The position numbers and the translations under genes were made by a program. The notes under the pieces are model-generated. The model made no database searches and had not been told where the DNA came from. It was given only the letters and a program-made list of their open reading frames with translations. From contig JAQGDQ010001063.1 of NCBI GenBank assembly GCA_030141605.1, positions 1 to 64,000 on the forward strand: 64,000 nt of DNA. The letters are read 5' to 3'. Shown here one piece after another: positions 37,598 through 51,456 of this stretch. The DNA is from Tubiluchus corallicola. Its lineage: Eukaryota; Animalia; Priapulida. The stretch's first letter is position 1. Each line of letters starts with the position of its first letter.

Positions 37598-39463
37598 CAA
37601 GGCAATGTCAGTGATGTTGGTGATGAAAACAACAGTGATAATAATGACGATGATGGCGGTGATGCTGATAGCAAGGCAATGTCAGTGATGTTGGTGATGA
37701 AAACAACAGTGATAATAATGACGATGATGGCGGTGATGCTGATAGCAAGGCAATGTCAGTGATGTTGGTGATGAAAACAACAGTGATAATAATAATGACG
37801 ATGATGGCGGTGATGCTGATAGCAAGGCAATGTCAGTGATGTTGGTGATGAAAACAACAGTGATAATAATGCCGATGATGGCGGTGATGCTGATAGCAAG
37901 GCAATGTCAGTGATGTTGGTGATGAAAACAACAGTGATAATAATGCCGATGATGGTGGTGATGCTGATAGCAAGGCAATGTCGGTGATGTTGGTGATGAA
38001 AACAACAGTGATAATAATGACAATGATGGCGGTGATGCTGATAGCAAGGCAATGTCAGTGATGTTGGTGATGAAAACAACAGTGATAATAATGCTGATGA
38101 TGGCGGTGATGCTGATAGCAAGGCAATGTCAGTGATGTTGATGATGAAAACAACAGTGATAATAATAATGCCGATGATGGCGGTGATGCTGATAGCAAGG
38201 CAATGTCAGTGATGTTGGTGATGAAAACAACAGTGATAATAATGACGATGATGGGGGTGATGCTGATAGCAAGGCAATGTCAGTGATGTTGGTGATGAAA
38301 ACAACAGTGACAATAATGACGATGATGACGGTGATGCTGATAGCAAGGCAATGTCAGTGATGTTGGTGATGAAAACAACAGTGATAATAATAATGCTGAT
38401 GATGGCGGTGATGCTGATAGCAAGGCAATGTCAGTGATGTTGGTGATGAAAACAACAGTGATACTAATGACGATGATGGCGGTGATGCTGATAGCAGGGC
38501 AATGTCAGTGATGTTGGTGATGAAAACAACAGTGATAATAATGCCGATGATGGCGGTGATGCTGATAGCAAGGCAACGTCAGTGATGTTGGTGATGAAAA
38601 CAACAGTGATAATAATAATGACGATGATGGCGGTGATGCTGATAGCAAGGCAATGTCAGTGATGTTGGTGATGAAAACAACAGTGATAATAATGACGATG
38701 ATGGCGGTGATGCTGATAGCAAGGCAATGTCAGTGATGTTGGTGATGAAAACAACAGTGATAATAATAATGACGATGATGGCGGTGATGCTGATAGCAAG
38801 GCAATGTCAGTGATGTTGGTGATGAAAACAACAGTGATAATAATGACGATGATGGCGGTGATGCTGATAGCAAGGCAATGTCAGTGATGTTGGTGATGAA
38901 AACAACAGTGATAATAATGCTGATGATGGCGGTGATGCTGATAGCACGGCAATGTCAGTGATGTTGGTGATGAAAACAACAGTGATAATAATGACGATGA
39001 TGGCGGTGATGCTGATAGCAAGGCAATGTCAGTGATTTTGGTGATGAAAGCAACAGTGATAATAATGCCGATGATGGCGGTGATGCTGATAGCAAGGCAA
39101 TGTCAGTGATGTTGGTGATGAAAACAACAGTGATAATAATGACGATGATGGCGGTGATGCTGATAGCAAGGCAATGTCAGTGATGTTGGTGATGAAAACA
39201 ACAGTGATAATAATGACGATGATGGGGGTGATGCTGATAGCAAGGCAATGTCAGTGATGTTGGTGATGAAAACAACAGTGACAATAATGACGATGATGAC
39301 GGTGATGCTGATAGCAAGGCAATGTCAGTGATGTTGGTGATGAAAACAACAGTGATAATAATGCCGATGATGGCGGTGATGCTGATAGCAAGGCAATGTC
39401 AGTGATGTTGGTGATGAAAACAACAGTGATAATAATGCCGATGATGGCGGTGATGCTGATAGC
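37598..39463. repeat. 74/77-bp minisatellite (about 25 copies) built from decayed GAT triplets, inside the U12 intron
   Basis: Unit aaggcaatgtcagtgatgttggtgatgaaaacaacagtgataataatgacgatgatggcggtgatgctgatagc. Confidence 0.97.
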
Positions 39464-39946
39464 GAATTCGTGTAACGTGGAAGATTAAATTTGTTCTTAC
39501 TCTCAAAAGGGCAAAACTACATTAGATGAAATTTTCACATGGCTTTGTAATACATCATTTCAGCAGTCACGCAAAAATACTCGCAGCTTCCAACACGAAT
39601 ATTGACTTTCTAAACAAGCAGCACTGAAGTGTTCGTGCTGAGACAATTACATCTCTGACTAATCAAACTATCACTCTTCAGCATCCAGTTTTAATTGCAA
39701 GCATCATCCCTACTGAGTGTAATGAGCAGCTTATGAGCTCACTTTATTGTTGTTAATCAGCTGCTCAGAAAAGATGAAGATGATGCCAGATTATGGCTGC
39801 TGAAGAGCTGCATCTTCAGAGCGGTTATTTCCTGGATGATGAGTCGTAGTTTTTTTTGCGAACGAAGTTTAAAAACTAGTTTAACCCCTTTCAATGACCT
39901 GTAGAGGTAATTCTGCAGGTAGTTCCAAGTTTTCTATTCCATTTAA

Positions 39947-40258
39947 CCCTTTCATACCCGTTGTATCCCGTGGGATACAAGAATATTTTCTGCCTTAAAA
40001 ATTAATAAAATTTTAAAACTGACAGTTATTTGATCTGTTAATGTATTGAATAAACTTCAGATATATACAGCATTTGTTTTTTATCATGTTTAGCATCCAT
40101 TGAATCCCAGTGTATCCCGTGGGATACAGGCTATATTTAGCACACGGGTACAGGCAGAAACAAAATAATTATTATGTGTAAACAAGATGGACATACTGAA
40201 CAAAAGTATCAAGCCAATTTTTTTTCATTATTAAAAAAATAATTTGGGACTGAAAGGG
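39947..40258. mobile_element. piggyBac-like MITE
   Basis: ttaa|ccctttca...tgaaaggg|ttaa; internal palindromic repeat tgtatcccgtgggataca twice. Confidence 0.8.
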
Positions 40259-40639
40259 TTAATAAATAACATGAATTCTGTTATTGTCGTGAGCGAGTTC
40301 AGCGTTTCATGTTTTAAATCCTCAAACTGGTTTTGCAGCCTCCGAGATGCTACATCTTCTTTACCCTATTTACATTTTATCAGATGACGACGACGACGGC
40401 GGCGGCGATCAACATGATGATGATGATGATGTGAGGCCGCTGATAAAGATGATGAATCCGGGATATATTAAAGCTTGGGGTTTCAAAAGTTCTAAACCTT
40501 GGACATGCTAGAAGCTTGGTCTCCCTAACTGCGTTTCAGAAGATGATGATGATGATGATGACAATACCTACACTGGCGACACTGATGACTACGACTACGA
40601 CAAACAGCAACAGCAACAAAACCCCCAATGTTTCAAGAG

Positions 40640-40860
40640 TTTAAGGACTGGAAAAGACAACATTTATTTACCACGGCTCATTTAACAAACAACATTAGTA
40701 CTGAGGGGTATTTAACGACTTACAACAATTCATTTAAGGACGCAACACACATAAAACAACAAATACGTAAAGTATATGCCCTAGCATTGCTAAACACTAG
40801 ACTCGAACTCAAGACTACGCGAGTGCAGTAGGAAACCTAGACCGCTTAGCCATCCAACCC
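40640..40860 (-). mobile_element. Degenerate tRNA-derived SINE
   Basis: Minus strand gggttggatggctaagcggtctagg...gagttcgagtc (A and B boxes). Extent approximate. Confidence 0.5.
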
Positions 40861-41489
40861 AGGACCTCTAAAGTAGTGTGAACACTATTGACACACAGTC
40901 TCTGCTGTTATTTTTTACTGCAGTCAGTTTGACCCACAACTGTTTTGTGATGTTTTGTTGTGTTTCATGCCTGCAGATTATGCTTTACTTTTTACATTTA
41001 AGTGGAATCAACTATAGAAAAGAAGGTAAACAAATGATTACGCGCACGCAACGAATTGTAAACATTCCATGACTACAACGACAACGACGATGACGATACT
41101 ACTGACTGAGCGTAACGATAATAACGATGACGATGATTATGGCAATGGTGATTATGATGATGGCAGTGTCGTGATAATAAGAACGATTAAAGAGATGACG
41201 GTGCAAGTGACGCTGACGATGACGATTAAAGTGATGACGGTGCAAGTGACGCTGACGATGAATGCAAAAAGCGTTGTTCTATAACGAACAGACAGGCCTA
41301 TTGATGAAGAGGCAAAGTTTATGGCTCACTATGGCTCGCTATATTGACAAAACGATGACGATGCAGTTAATGTTAAAGTTGCCTGATGCACGAGGGATTG
41401 TTTTTAATAAATTTCCTTTTAAATAATTACGAGGAACTTGACAAGAGATTTAAGTGGATTGACGTGATAAGCTAATGCATAAAAACAGC

Positions 41490-42975
41490 CATGAAAGCAC
41501 TGTGATGCACTGTGAAAGCACTGTGAAAGCAATGTGATGCATTGTGAAAGCACTGTGATGCATTGTGATGCGCTGTGAAAGCACTGTGATGCACTGTGAT
41601 GCGCTGTGATGCACTGTGAAAGCGCTGTCATGCATTGTGAAAGGGCTGTGATGCACTGTGAAAGCGCTGTGATGCATTGTGATGCACTGTGAAAGGGCTG
41701 TGATGCACTGTGAAAGCGCTGTGATGCACTGTGAAAGCACTGTGATGCACTGTGATGCATTGTGATGCACTGTGAAAGGGCTGTGATGCACTGTGAAAGC
41801 GCTGTGATGCACTGTGAAAGCGCTGTGATGCACTGTGATGCGCTGTGATGCACTGTGAAGGCACTGTGATGCACTGTGAAAGTGCTGTGATGCATTGTGA
41901 AAGCACTGTGATGCATAGTGAAAGCGCTGTGATGCACTGTGAAAGCACTGTGATGCACTGTGAAAGCGCTGTGATGCACTGTGAAAGCGCTGTGATGCAT
42001 TGTGAAAGCACTGTGATGCACTGTGAAAGTGCTGTGATGCACTGTGAAAGCACTGTGATGCACTGTGAAAGCGCTGTGATGCATTGTGAAAGCACTGTGA
42101 TGCACTGTGAAAGGCTGTGATGCACTGTGAAAGGGCTGTGATGCACTGTGAAAGCGCTGTGATGCATTGTGAAAGCACTGTGATGCACTGTGAAAGCGCT
42201 GTGATGCACTGTGAAAGCACTGTGATGCACTGTGAAAGCACTGTGATGCACTGTGAAAGCGCTGTGATGCACTGTGAAAGCGCTGTGATGCATTGTGAAA
42301 GCACTGTGATGCACTGTGAAAGCGCTGTGATGCACTGTGAAAGCACTGTGATGCACTGTGAAAGCACTGTGATGCACTGTGAAAGCACTGTGATGCGCTG
42401 TGATGCATTGTGAAAGCACTGTGAAAGCGCTGTGATGCACTGTGAAAGCACTGTGATGCACTGTGAAAGCACAGTGAAGGCACTGTGATGCACTGTGATG
42501 CGCTGTGATGCATTGTGAAAGCGCTGTGATGCACTGTGAAAGGGCTGTGATGCATTGTGAAAGCGCTGTGATGCATTGTGAAAGCACTGTGAAAGCGCTG
42601 TGATGCACTGTGAAAGCGCTGTGATGCACTGTGAAAGCACTGTGATGCACTGTGAAAGCACTGTGATGCACTGTGAAAGCACTGTGATGCATTGTGAAAG
42701 CACTGTGAAAGCGCTGTGATGCATTGTGAAAGCACTGTGAAAGCGCTGTGATGCATTGTGAAAGCACTGTGATGCACTGTGAAAGCACTGTGATGCACTG
42801 TGAAAGCACTGTGATGCACTGTGAAAGCACTGTGATGCATTGTGAAAGCACAGTGAAGGCACTGTGATGCACTGTGATGCGCTGTGATGCATTGTGAAAG
42901 CGCTGTGATGCACTGTGAAAGGGCTGTGATGCATTGTGAAAGCGCTGTGATGCATTGCGAAAGCACTGTGATGCA
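41490..42975. repeat. Satellite of 10/11-bp subunits (tgtgatgcac / tgtgaaagcac), mostly 21-bp dimers
   Basis: Direct reading; accounts for the long ORFs at 41419-43054. Confidence 0.97.
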
Positions 42976-43622
42976 CAACGAGTCCAGCTTGGTGTATTGA
43001 TGACTGGTAACAAACACGTTCAAAGCACAAGAATATAACAAAGTAACCCTCCACTTACATAAAGCTTAAAAAATTTGTATACGACTTACAAGCTGCTTTT
43101 TTTGCATGCAGGGCTAGTGTCGGCAGTAACGTTGTATAAAACATGTAAATTTAAACTCTCGCGATTACCGTTAGCAGCAACCATTTTGACGATAAGTCAT
43201 TTGAAACAAGTTTAGACAACCTTGCATAAAGTTTGAAAAAATAATCAGAGCATTCGTAGCACTCGTTACCAACAAAATAAAATTTTAAATGACTGTATCT
43301 TATCAACAAGATTATAATTATTAATATCATTAAAAAGGTCCGCTATTGAGCGCTGGATTCGAGCTTGAAATGCGTCAAAAACTATGTAAAAAAAAACAAA
43401 CTGAACACGAAGTTCTGATTTTCTACCCGGACAAACTTAGTTTCGGGAGAAATTTAAAATCCAACGAAAATAGTCACTGGCTAGCTTGAAATGGCCAATG
43501 GTCTTGCTTGAAAAATGCCACAATTGTCATTAAAATGCCCGGAGCACTGTGTTCACTTTCACGAATGTCTGTAGCTGATAAAATTTACAGTCTTCTTTTA
43601 ATTATCGTTAATGATGACTAAA

Positions 43623-44005
43623 GAATGAGTCGGTGAGACTTAAAGGTAAAGTCCACAAAGATAGTGGTCAGACCCGCTCTAATCTATGGGCTGGAAGCAG
43701 CTTCTCTAAAGAAGACCGAAGAGAAGAAAATGGGTGTGGTGGAGATGAGGATGTTGAGATGGATGGTGGGAATAACAAGAAGAGATAAAATTAGAAATAA
43801 TAACATCAGAGGAACAGTAAAAGTAGTGGAAGCCTCGCAAGATTGCGATGGTATGGACACCTGAAAAGAAGAGTCGGTGAAGATCATGTGGGAAGGGAAG
43901 ACATAAATGAAGAGATGGTCAACAACAGGAATGCGTGGAGAAGACTCATTCACAACGGCGACCCCGAATAGGGAAAAGCTGGGAAGAAGAAGAAGAAGAA
44001 GAAGA
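43623..44005 (+). mobile_element. RTE-clade LINE 3' fragment, copy 1 (internally deleted), (GAA)n tail
   Basis: LKGKVHK..VRPALIYGLE...EMRMLRWMVGITRRDKIRN is an RTE ORF C-terminal motif. TSD-like gatgactaaagaat at both ends. Confidence 0.85.
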
Positions 44006-45457
44006 TGACTAAAGAATTGTGACTTTAACTTGGTGACTTTATCAGAAATTCTCTCCTCATTGGTGTGAAAATATAAAGAATATATAGCAGCCGAAATTCG
44101 ACTCTCAAGTCTCCTCCTGAGGACTCCAAAAACCTGTATTTGTATTCGTGCTTTTGCATTCCGTACTCCTTTCATAGCACACTCCTTGCAAAATATTATA
44201 ACTATACGTATGCAAAATTTCTCTCCATCAACACAAACCATTTTATAATTACTCTTCTACAAAAATGAAAATAAAATCACCTCTCAAAAAACTAAAACTA
44301 TGATGTGTGAACCTACTCCCATGACCCTCTTTCTCCAAACTGTTTTTTAACGCTGTCCTTTTCTTACTGACATACCTGACTTTTCCTTTTTCAAATTTAT
44401 TAAATAACTCTTTTCTCTCTAGTACAGACTAAATTACTAACAATTGTCACGTGCCACTTAGCTGGTCGGCCGCTACTTAGTGACATGCTTCAGTACAACC
44501 TAAAGACATGTGCTCGCATTTAGCATAACCACTTTGGTTACCGCATTTCAAGGACCAATTTTTACATTGGTTTTCATAAAGAAAATATAAAAGTAAAAAA
44601 AACCAACACGACATCTGATTTTCAGGAGTGTTAAGGACACTAGAGAAGTCATCAATCGGCTCGGTTGCACATTAAGTGTTTATTAATAGCACCTACGGGT
44701 CTCCTGAAATTGAAGTCAATATTGACAAAAGCACGTTCTAATGCACGTCTCAATCAAGTACCATTGATCATTAAGTGCATCGCCTAACACTGCACAATGA
44801 TACCCTAGAGGCGGCGTGAATGAAGCCAGATAACAGTTAGTCCATCTACGGTGAAACCAAAGCACTTTTCCCCCCGCTCCGCTCGCTCATAAAGTGATAA
44901 AAGACGCGCAGCCATCATTCAAGGCCAAGGGACAAACATGCTAATGTTCAGTAAAGGCTGCTGTCCTCAATATTCTACTCTTGAATTAACTAGCACAGTG
45001 CAATCGCTTATGAACGGTTACATAAATTTCGCCGTTCAATAGACACATCAAAGAGCAAGGATATAGTGGATGCTTTAAGGAAAACCGGATCTACTGGTTC
45101 AGTGCCTCATTCGGGTATTATTACTGTTGATGACAAGGACAGATTCTAATCGTCCTCATTCAAAGTGGACTTTAGTGCCTAGTGCTACGTGTATCATGCA
45201 AGTGATACATACAGCAATGAAGCCACATGTAACATAACAGTGGAGTCACATAAGACATGGCACGGATTCATAAATATGTCATTTGGTTTTTTTATGAAAT
45301 AAGTCAGGTATCACGTAATCGGTCAGTTAACCAGCTGTGAAACTAAATCTAAATCAGCCATGCTATCAGTCAGCTAGTCAGTCAGCCATTCATCCTAACT
45401 ATGCTGTAAGTAAGTAACTAACTACCTTACAAATCGAAACAGCTTTCAGTGAATTAA

Positions 45458-46000
45458 AGGAAAACCGGACGATTGTGTAAACACGAGTTCAGAATAAAGA
45501 ATTCTCTAAATTATTGAAAACAGCAATAGTTTTTTTTAAATCAAAGCTTACATTAAATAATAATTACCTCGGATACTCTAATTTTGTTAAAGTTTCAAAG
45601 CTATGCGCGGCTCAGTGAATCTACTAAGATTGGCAACGGCGCCTTTTTGTCACATTCGCGTGGCTGACAAATAGACGGCGGTACCGTGATAAGCATGATC
45701 ATGAACTGCTGTGTTAGCTTCTGACGTCATGTGACATAGAGCCCATTCTCGTGACATCACGCGTTTAAGCAGTATCGCTTACGCAAACGTGCTTGACGCG
45801 CAAGGGAAGATACCTACCATTGCACAAAACTGTGGTTAGTTTCTGACGTAAGCAATAGCAGTTTCGGTTGCCGCTAATTAACTTTCCAAGCTAATTATTC
45901 AAATATAAGGAACAATTGTTAACTTTTACAAGCAAAAAATTGTATATTTTGGAAAGTAAATTAAAATGAGATTGAGGCTAAACAATCGTCTGGTTTTCCT
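45458..46000 (+). mobile_element. Kolobok-like family B, full-length non-autonomous copy
   Basis: ttaa|aggaaaaccggacgattgtgtaa ... taaacaatcgtctggttttcct|ttca; TIR of about 22 bp; related copies at 34080 and 53178. Confidence 0.8.
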
Positions 46001-46280
46001 TTCACCATTACCCTTTCCTACGTATGTGAAAGTTTGATTAATTTGATTTCAGTGACACTGGAGGTAAGAGAATGTATAAAAACCTTGGATGGCCGCCCAG
46101 TGACTTGATGCAAAATCTTTCCAATTGTCAACATGGCAGTCAAGGTCAAGACAAGGTCAAAGTCAACGTTTATGTTACCCGTGAAACACGTTTGACTAAC
46201 TTTACCCCAACGGCTTTGGAGACCTGACAGTCTCTGACGAGGTTACTCTCACACAGGTAGACAGACACACCTAAACGCTG

Positions 46281-47727
46281 GTGGATAATAACCTTCCATC
46301 CTTCAATCGCACCCGAGAGGTGCAACCTTGCGTGACAGATTTGAATCTACCTTTGATTAGTGGCAGGATCTCAGGAGCTTGGATAACCACGTGGAGAGAC
46401 GTACCAAATGGTATCTCTAATAACCTTCATCCTTCAATCGCACCCAAGAGGTGCAACCTTGCGTGACAGATTTGAATCTACCTTTGATTAGTGGCAGAAT
46501 CTCAGGAGCTTGGATAACCACGTGGAGAGACGTACCAAATGGTATCTCTAATAACCTTCAACCTTCAATCGCACCCAAGAGGTGCAACCTTGCGTGACAG
46601 ATTTGAATCTACCTTTGATTAGTGGCAGGATCTCCGGAGCTTGGATAACCACGTGGAGAGACGTACCAAATGGTATCTCTAATAACCTTCAACCTTCAAT
46701 CGCACCCAAGAGGTGCAACCTTGCGTGACAGATTTGAATCTATCTTTGATTAGTGGCAGGATCTCAGGAGCTTGGATAACCACGTGGAGAGACGTACCAA
46801 ATGGTATCTCTAATAACCGTCATCCTTCAATCGCACCCAAGAGGTGCAACCTTGCGTGATAGATTTAAATCTACCTTTGATTAGTGGCAGGATCTCAGGA
46901 GCTTGGATAACCACGTGGAGAGACGTACCAAATGGTATCTCTAATAACCTTCAACCTTCAATCGCACCCAAGAGGTGCAACCTTGCGTGACAGATTTGAA
47001 TCTACCTTTGATTAGTGGCAGGATCTCAGGAGCTTGGATAACCACGTGGAGAGACGTACCAAATGGTATCTCTAATAACCGTCATCCTTCAATCGCACCA
47101 GAGAGGTGCAACCTTGCGTGACAGATTTGAATCTACCTTTGATTAGTGGCAGGATCTCCGGAGCTTGGATAACCACGTGGAGAGACGTACCAAATGGTAT
47201 CTCTAATAACCTTCATCCTTCAATCGCACCCGAGAGGTGCAACCTTGCGTGACAGATTTGAATCTACCTTTGATTAGTGGCAGGATCTCAGGAGCTTGGA
47301 TAACCACGTGGAGAGACGTACCAAATGGTATCTCTAATAACCGTCATCCTTCAATCGCACCCGAGAGGTGCAACCTTGCGTGACAGATTTGAATCTACCT
47401 TTGATTAGTGGCAGGATCTCAGGAGCTTGGATAACCACGTGGAGAGACGTACCAAATGGTATCTCTAATAACCTTCATCCTTCAATCGCACCCAAGAGGT
47501 GCAACCTTGCGTGACAGATTTGAATCTACCTATGATTAGTGGCAGAATCTCAGGAGCTTGGATAACCACGTGGAGAGACGTACCAAATGGTATCTCTAAT
47601 AACCTTCAACCTTCAATCGCACCCAAGAGGTGCAACCTTGCGTGACAGATTTGAATCTACCTATGATTAGTGGCAGAATCTCAGGAGCTTGGATAACCAT
47701 GTGGAGAGACGTACCAAATGGTATCTC
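46281..47727. repeat. 131-bp minisatellite (about 11 copies)
   Basis: gcaaccttgcgtgac recurs at 46322, 46453 and onward. Confidence 0.97.
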
Positions 47728-48394
47728 TTCACATAAATGTACATAAAATTGATGTAGCCTGTTAGCCGTTTTATGTCTGTTTCGTGTATAATTTTCTCAT
47801 AAAAGCAAGAAAATTCGAAACCTGCCCAGCCATAAAGGGAAGATCTGGACGAAATTTTCGATTTAATTTCAGTTTTATTTACTGCACGTGCAAAGAGCAG
47901 GAATCAATCTTGGCTGCAGTGGCAGTACAACATGCACACAAGCTGACAATGAGCCGTTAGGGGGCAGTGTAGGACAAACGTAAAACTGCTAATTAACTAG
48001 TAAATGAGAGCATCGTTGTTTGATGTTGATGATGGTGAGAGCATCTTTGTTTGATGCTGATGATGGTGACGATGTTACGTTGTTAACGAAGATGATAAGG
48101 AAGAGCATGATGATGATGACTTCAACAACGAAGGAGACTAAAAATTTTTCAGCAGTGGCAGCAAAAGGTTTGCCAAACACTATCAAAAAATGTCATAATG
48201 AACATAGGGAAACATAACGTCACTACTTTAAACTGTATAAATTTTATTACATGTATGAAATGATTATTGCCCCTGCAGCTACTGTATTCTCGATCTGAAA
48301 GGTAGGCAAAGTTTGTAAAATGGGTTTGTTTACGAACTTAAGCAACTAGACAACAACATGTCATTAAGTAATTAGAATATGACTGTGATTGCAA

Positions 48395-48530
48395 GAGTTT
48401 ATAAACCATTGCGGTTAATGAATTGAAAGAAGAAAGGAAACGCTGAAAAATTGTGGACTAGTCGGGATTCGAACCCAAGCTTAGGATTAATGCTCCCAGC
48501 CTCTGCCAGGTGAGGTACCAGACCAACATG
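48395..48530 (-). mobile_element. Degenerate tRNA-derived SINE head
   Basis: Minus strand ggtctggtacctcacctggcagagg...gggttcgaatcccgactagtcc (B-box and tRNA-like end). Confidence 0.45.
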
Positions 48531-48707
48531 ACAGAGAAGGTCTGACTTTTTTCTCCAACTGACTACACGCAATGGGTAATACTTGTTAAAACAAACCGTA
48601 ATGGTTTAGTAATCACAATCATAATCAAATTAATTAATGAAATTGTTAATTGGCAGCTAATTTGAGAGATGTGTTACTACAAAATATTGTAATGGAAGAA
48701 CAGGAGA

Positions 48708-50095
48708 ACAGCATCGTAACGAGGCATCTTCCTGTCTCTGAAACAGGAATAACGTGCATTGTCGTTCTGTATGAGCTTCTGAACAAGTTCTACTAATGGT
48801 ATCCCTAAATCCCCAATACACAGCATCGTAATGACGCATTTTCCTGTCTCTAAAACAGGAATAACGCACATTGTCATACTGTATGAGCCTTCTGAACAAG
48901 TTCTACTAATGGTATCCCTAACATCCCCAATACACAGCACAACACATTTCCTGTCTCTAAAACAGGAATAAACATTGTCGTACTGTATGAGCCAACAACA
49001 CAAACCCAAACCCCAAACACACAAAACACCCCAAAACAAAAACACCACAACCCACACCCAAAACAAAAAACATTGTCGTTCTGTATGAGCCTTCTGAACA
49101 AGTTCTACTAATGGTATCCCTAAATCCCCAATACACAGCATCGTAATGACACCAAAACAAAAACACCCAACCCAAACACAAACCACCAAACACACAAAAC
49201 ACCCCAAAAAAACACAACCAACAACACAAACCAACCCAACCCAACCCAACAACACAAACACAAACCCCAACAAAACCACCACCAACAACACAAACCCAAA
49301 CCCCAAACACACACAAAGCATTTTCCTGTCTCTAAAACAGGAATAACGCACATTGTCATACTGTATGAGCCTTCTGAACAAGTTCTACTAATGGTATCCC
49401 TACATCCCCAATACACAGCATCGTAACGAGGCATTTTCCTGTCTCTAAAACAGGAATAACGTACATTGTCGTACTGTATGAGTCTTCTGAACAAGTTCTA
49501 CTAATGGTATCCCTAAATCCCCAATACACAGCATTGTAATGAGGCATTTTCCTGTCTCTAAAACAGGAATAACGTACATTGTCGTACTGTATGAGCCTTC
49601 TGAACAAATTCTACTAATGGTATCCCTAAATCCCCAATACACAGCATCGTAACGAGGCATTTTCCTGTCTCTAAAACAGGAATAACGTACATTGTCGTAC
49701 TGTATGAGCCTTCTGAACAAGTTCTACTAATGGTATCCCTAAATCCCCAATACACAGCATCGTAACGAGGCATTTTCCTGTCTCTAAAACAGGAATAACG
49801 TACATTGTCGTACTGTATGAGCGTTCTGAACAAGTTCTACTAATGGTATCCCTAAATCCCTAATACACAGCATCGTAACGAGGCATTTTCCTGTCTCTAA
49901 AACAGGAATAACGTACATTGTCGTACTGTATGAGTCTTCTGCACAAGTTCTACTAATGGTATCCCTAAATCCCCAATACACAGCATCGTAACGAGGCATT
50001 TTCCTGTCTCTAAAACAGGAATAACGTACATTGTCGTACTGTATGAGCGTTCTGAACAAGTTCTACTAATGGTATCCCTAAAATCCCCAATACAC
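48708..50095. repeat. 113-bp minisatellite with two A/C-only interruptions
   Basis: Unit cattttcctgtctctaaaacaggaataacgtacattgtcgtactgtatgagccttctgaacaagttctactaatggtatccctaaatccccaatacacagcatcgtaacgagg. Confidence 0.95.
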
Positions 50096-51456
50096 TCCAA
50101 TTCTCAGACGCATCGACTTCAACGCCTACTAATCTTATAAGACATATCAGCTGTACACCTTATGAGATTAGCAGGAGATCACTTTACCGGGACATGGCTT
50201 ACACAATTAAATCAACCAACGGCTGATCGTATGTATATTTAATGGTAGTTGTACTACGACAACTGAATGACATTAATGGAACAATGACACCATTTCTCAC
50301 TCACGGCTTATGAAAAATCATTAATTTCAAACTGAAGGCAGTGCTTAACTATGGTTCTTAGGTTCTGGCTGAATTCAAACACCAAGTAACATTGCTTGGC
50401 TGCGTTCATTCTTTATCTAGCTCATTGTCATTAATTTCTTTGCTAGTCATACGTGCCATACTCAAAATTGAACTAATCAACACATCAAACAACTAAATCA
50501 AGAAAGAGAATCCGGTATAATAATTCTGAGTGATAATTATGGTATATTCATTCTGTCAGCCAACTGCACTGTTCGATTTGCAAGACAAAGCAGTCCAGTA
50601 GTTTTGTATATTCTATTCGTCTACTCTTGTACAATGTCTCATCATTGGACCACTTTGTACCTTGGACCACATGGTACCCTCGACACTCTCATCATTGGAC
50701 CACATTACACCTTGGACCACATTGTACCCTTGACACTCTCTTCCACTAACGTCAAAGCGCTATCAAGCCTACGAATGCAATCAAATGCAGCTCCATGCAA
50801 AACGAACAATGCAATTGATTCACACGTGGAAGAGTACAGACATTACGTGATTTGGATAATATAAGAATGTTTGTCCTATATGTGTTTATCTACTGAAAAT
50901 CCATCTTATTAGAATCTCTAATATCAATCGAGTATTATTACTTGTTTATTTGTAGCTGGCTTGGCTATCTTTGCTCTTCTCTCCACTGCATTCCTCTTTT
51001 TTACGTTTACAATTTCATTTTGTTTCTGTTCGTTTAAAAACCCTCATAAGATAAACAAATATTTACTTGTTTGCTTATTTACGTACTCAGTTGGGGGAAA
51101 CCCAGAAAACTCGAAAAATTTTATTACACAAGCCTGTTTTAGAGAAACTAGTCTTTCTTTTACTGAATTCTTGGAACCGCGCCAAAAAACTAATCCTAGT
51201 CAATAATTAGTTAACCAACTTTTTTGGCATAATTCAAAAATTGTGTCAAGTTATCTAAACGATAATACGGGTGAATAGACGAGCTTGCTAACTGCAAGCT
51301 GCAACTGTTGTTCTGGAATATCACCAAAACAAATGTGCTAATAATTAACCGTTTCGGTGTGAACAGGATAAAAACTTAAACGGTTGAAATTAAAACAAAA
51401 CAACGGCAGTTACTAATAAAACTTTGGACAAAAGCGGAAACCTTATAAAAGGATAC

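Larger units (their letters stand above)
36641..51456 (-). other. U12-type (minor spliceosome) GT-AG intron of the Nav gene, 14,816 nt
   Basis: 5' splice site GTATCCTTTT at 51456-51447. Branch site TTCCTTGAC at 36663-36655, about 12 nt before the AG at 36642-36641. Same position and phase as the AT-AC intron 2 of vertebrate SCN genes. Confidence 0.9.

Noticed and set aside
41419-43054. Longest ORFs in the track (540, 534, 461 aa)
   Set aside because: Open in three frames only because the 21-bp satellite lacks stops on that strand; no protein features.
49356-50100. RKMPRYDAVYWGFRDT resembles the cyclase motif KMPRYCLFGDTVN and might supply the missing NIT-GC catalytic domain
   Set aside because: It is a translation of a 113-bp (non-triplet) minisatellite on the opposite strand to the NIT genes, with no other cyclase motifs. 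Coincidence.
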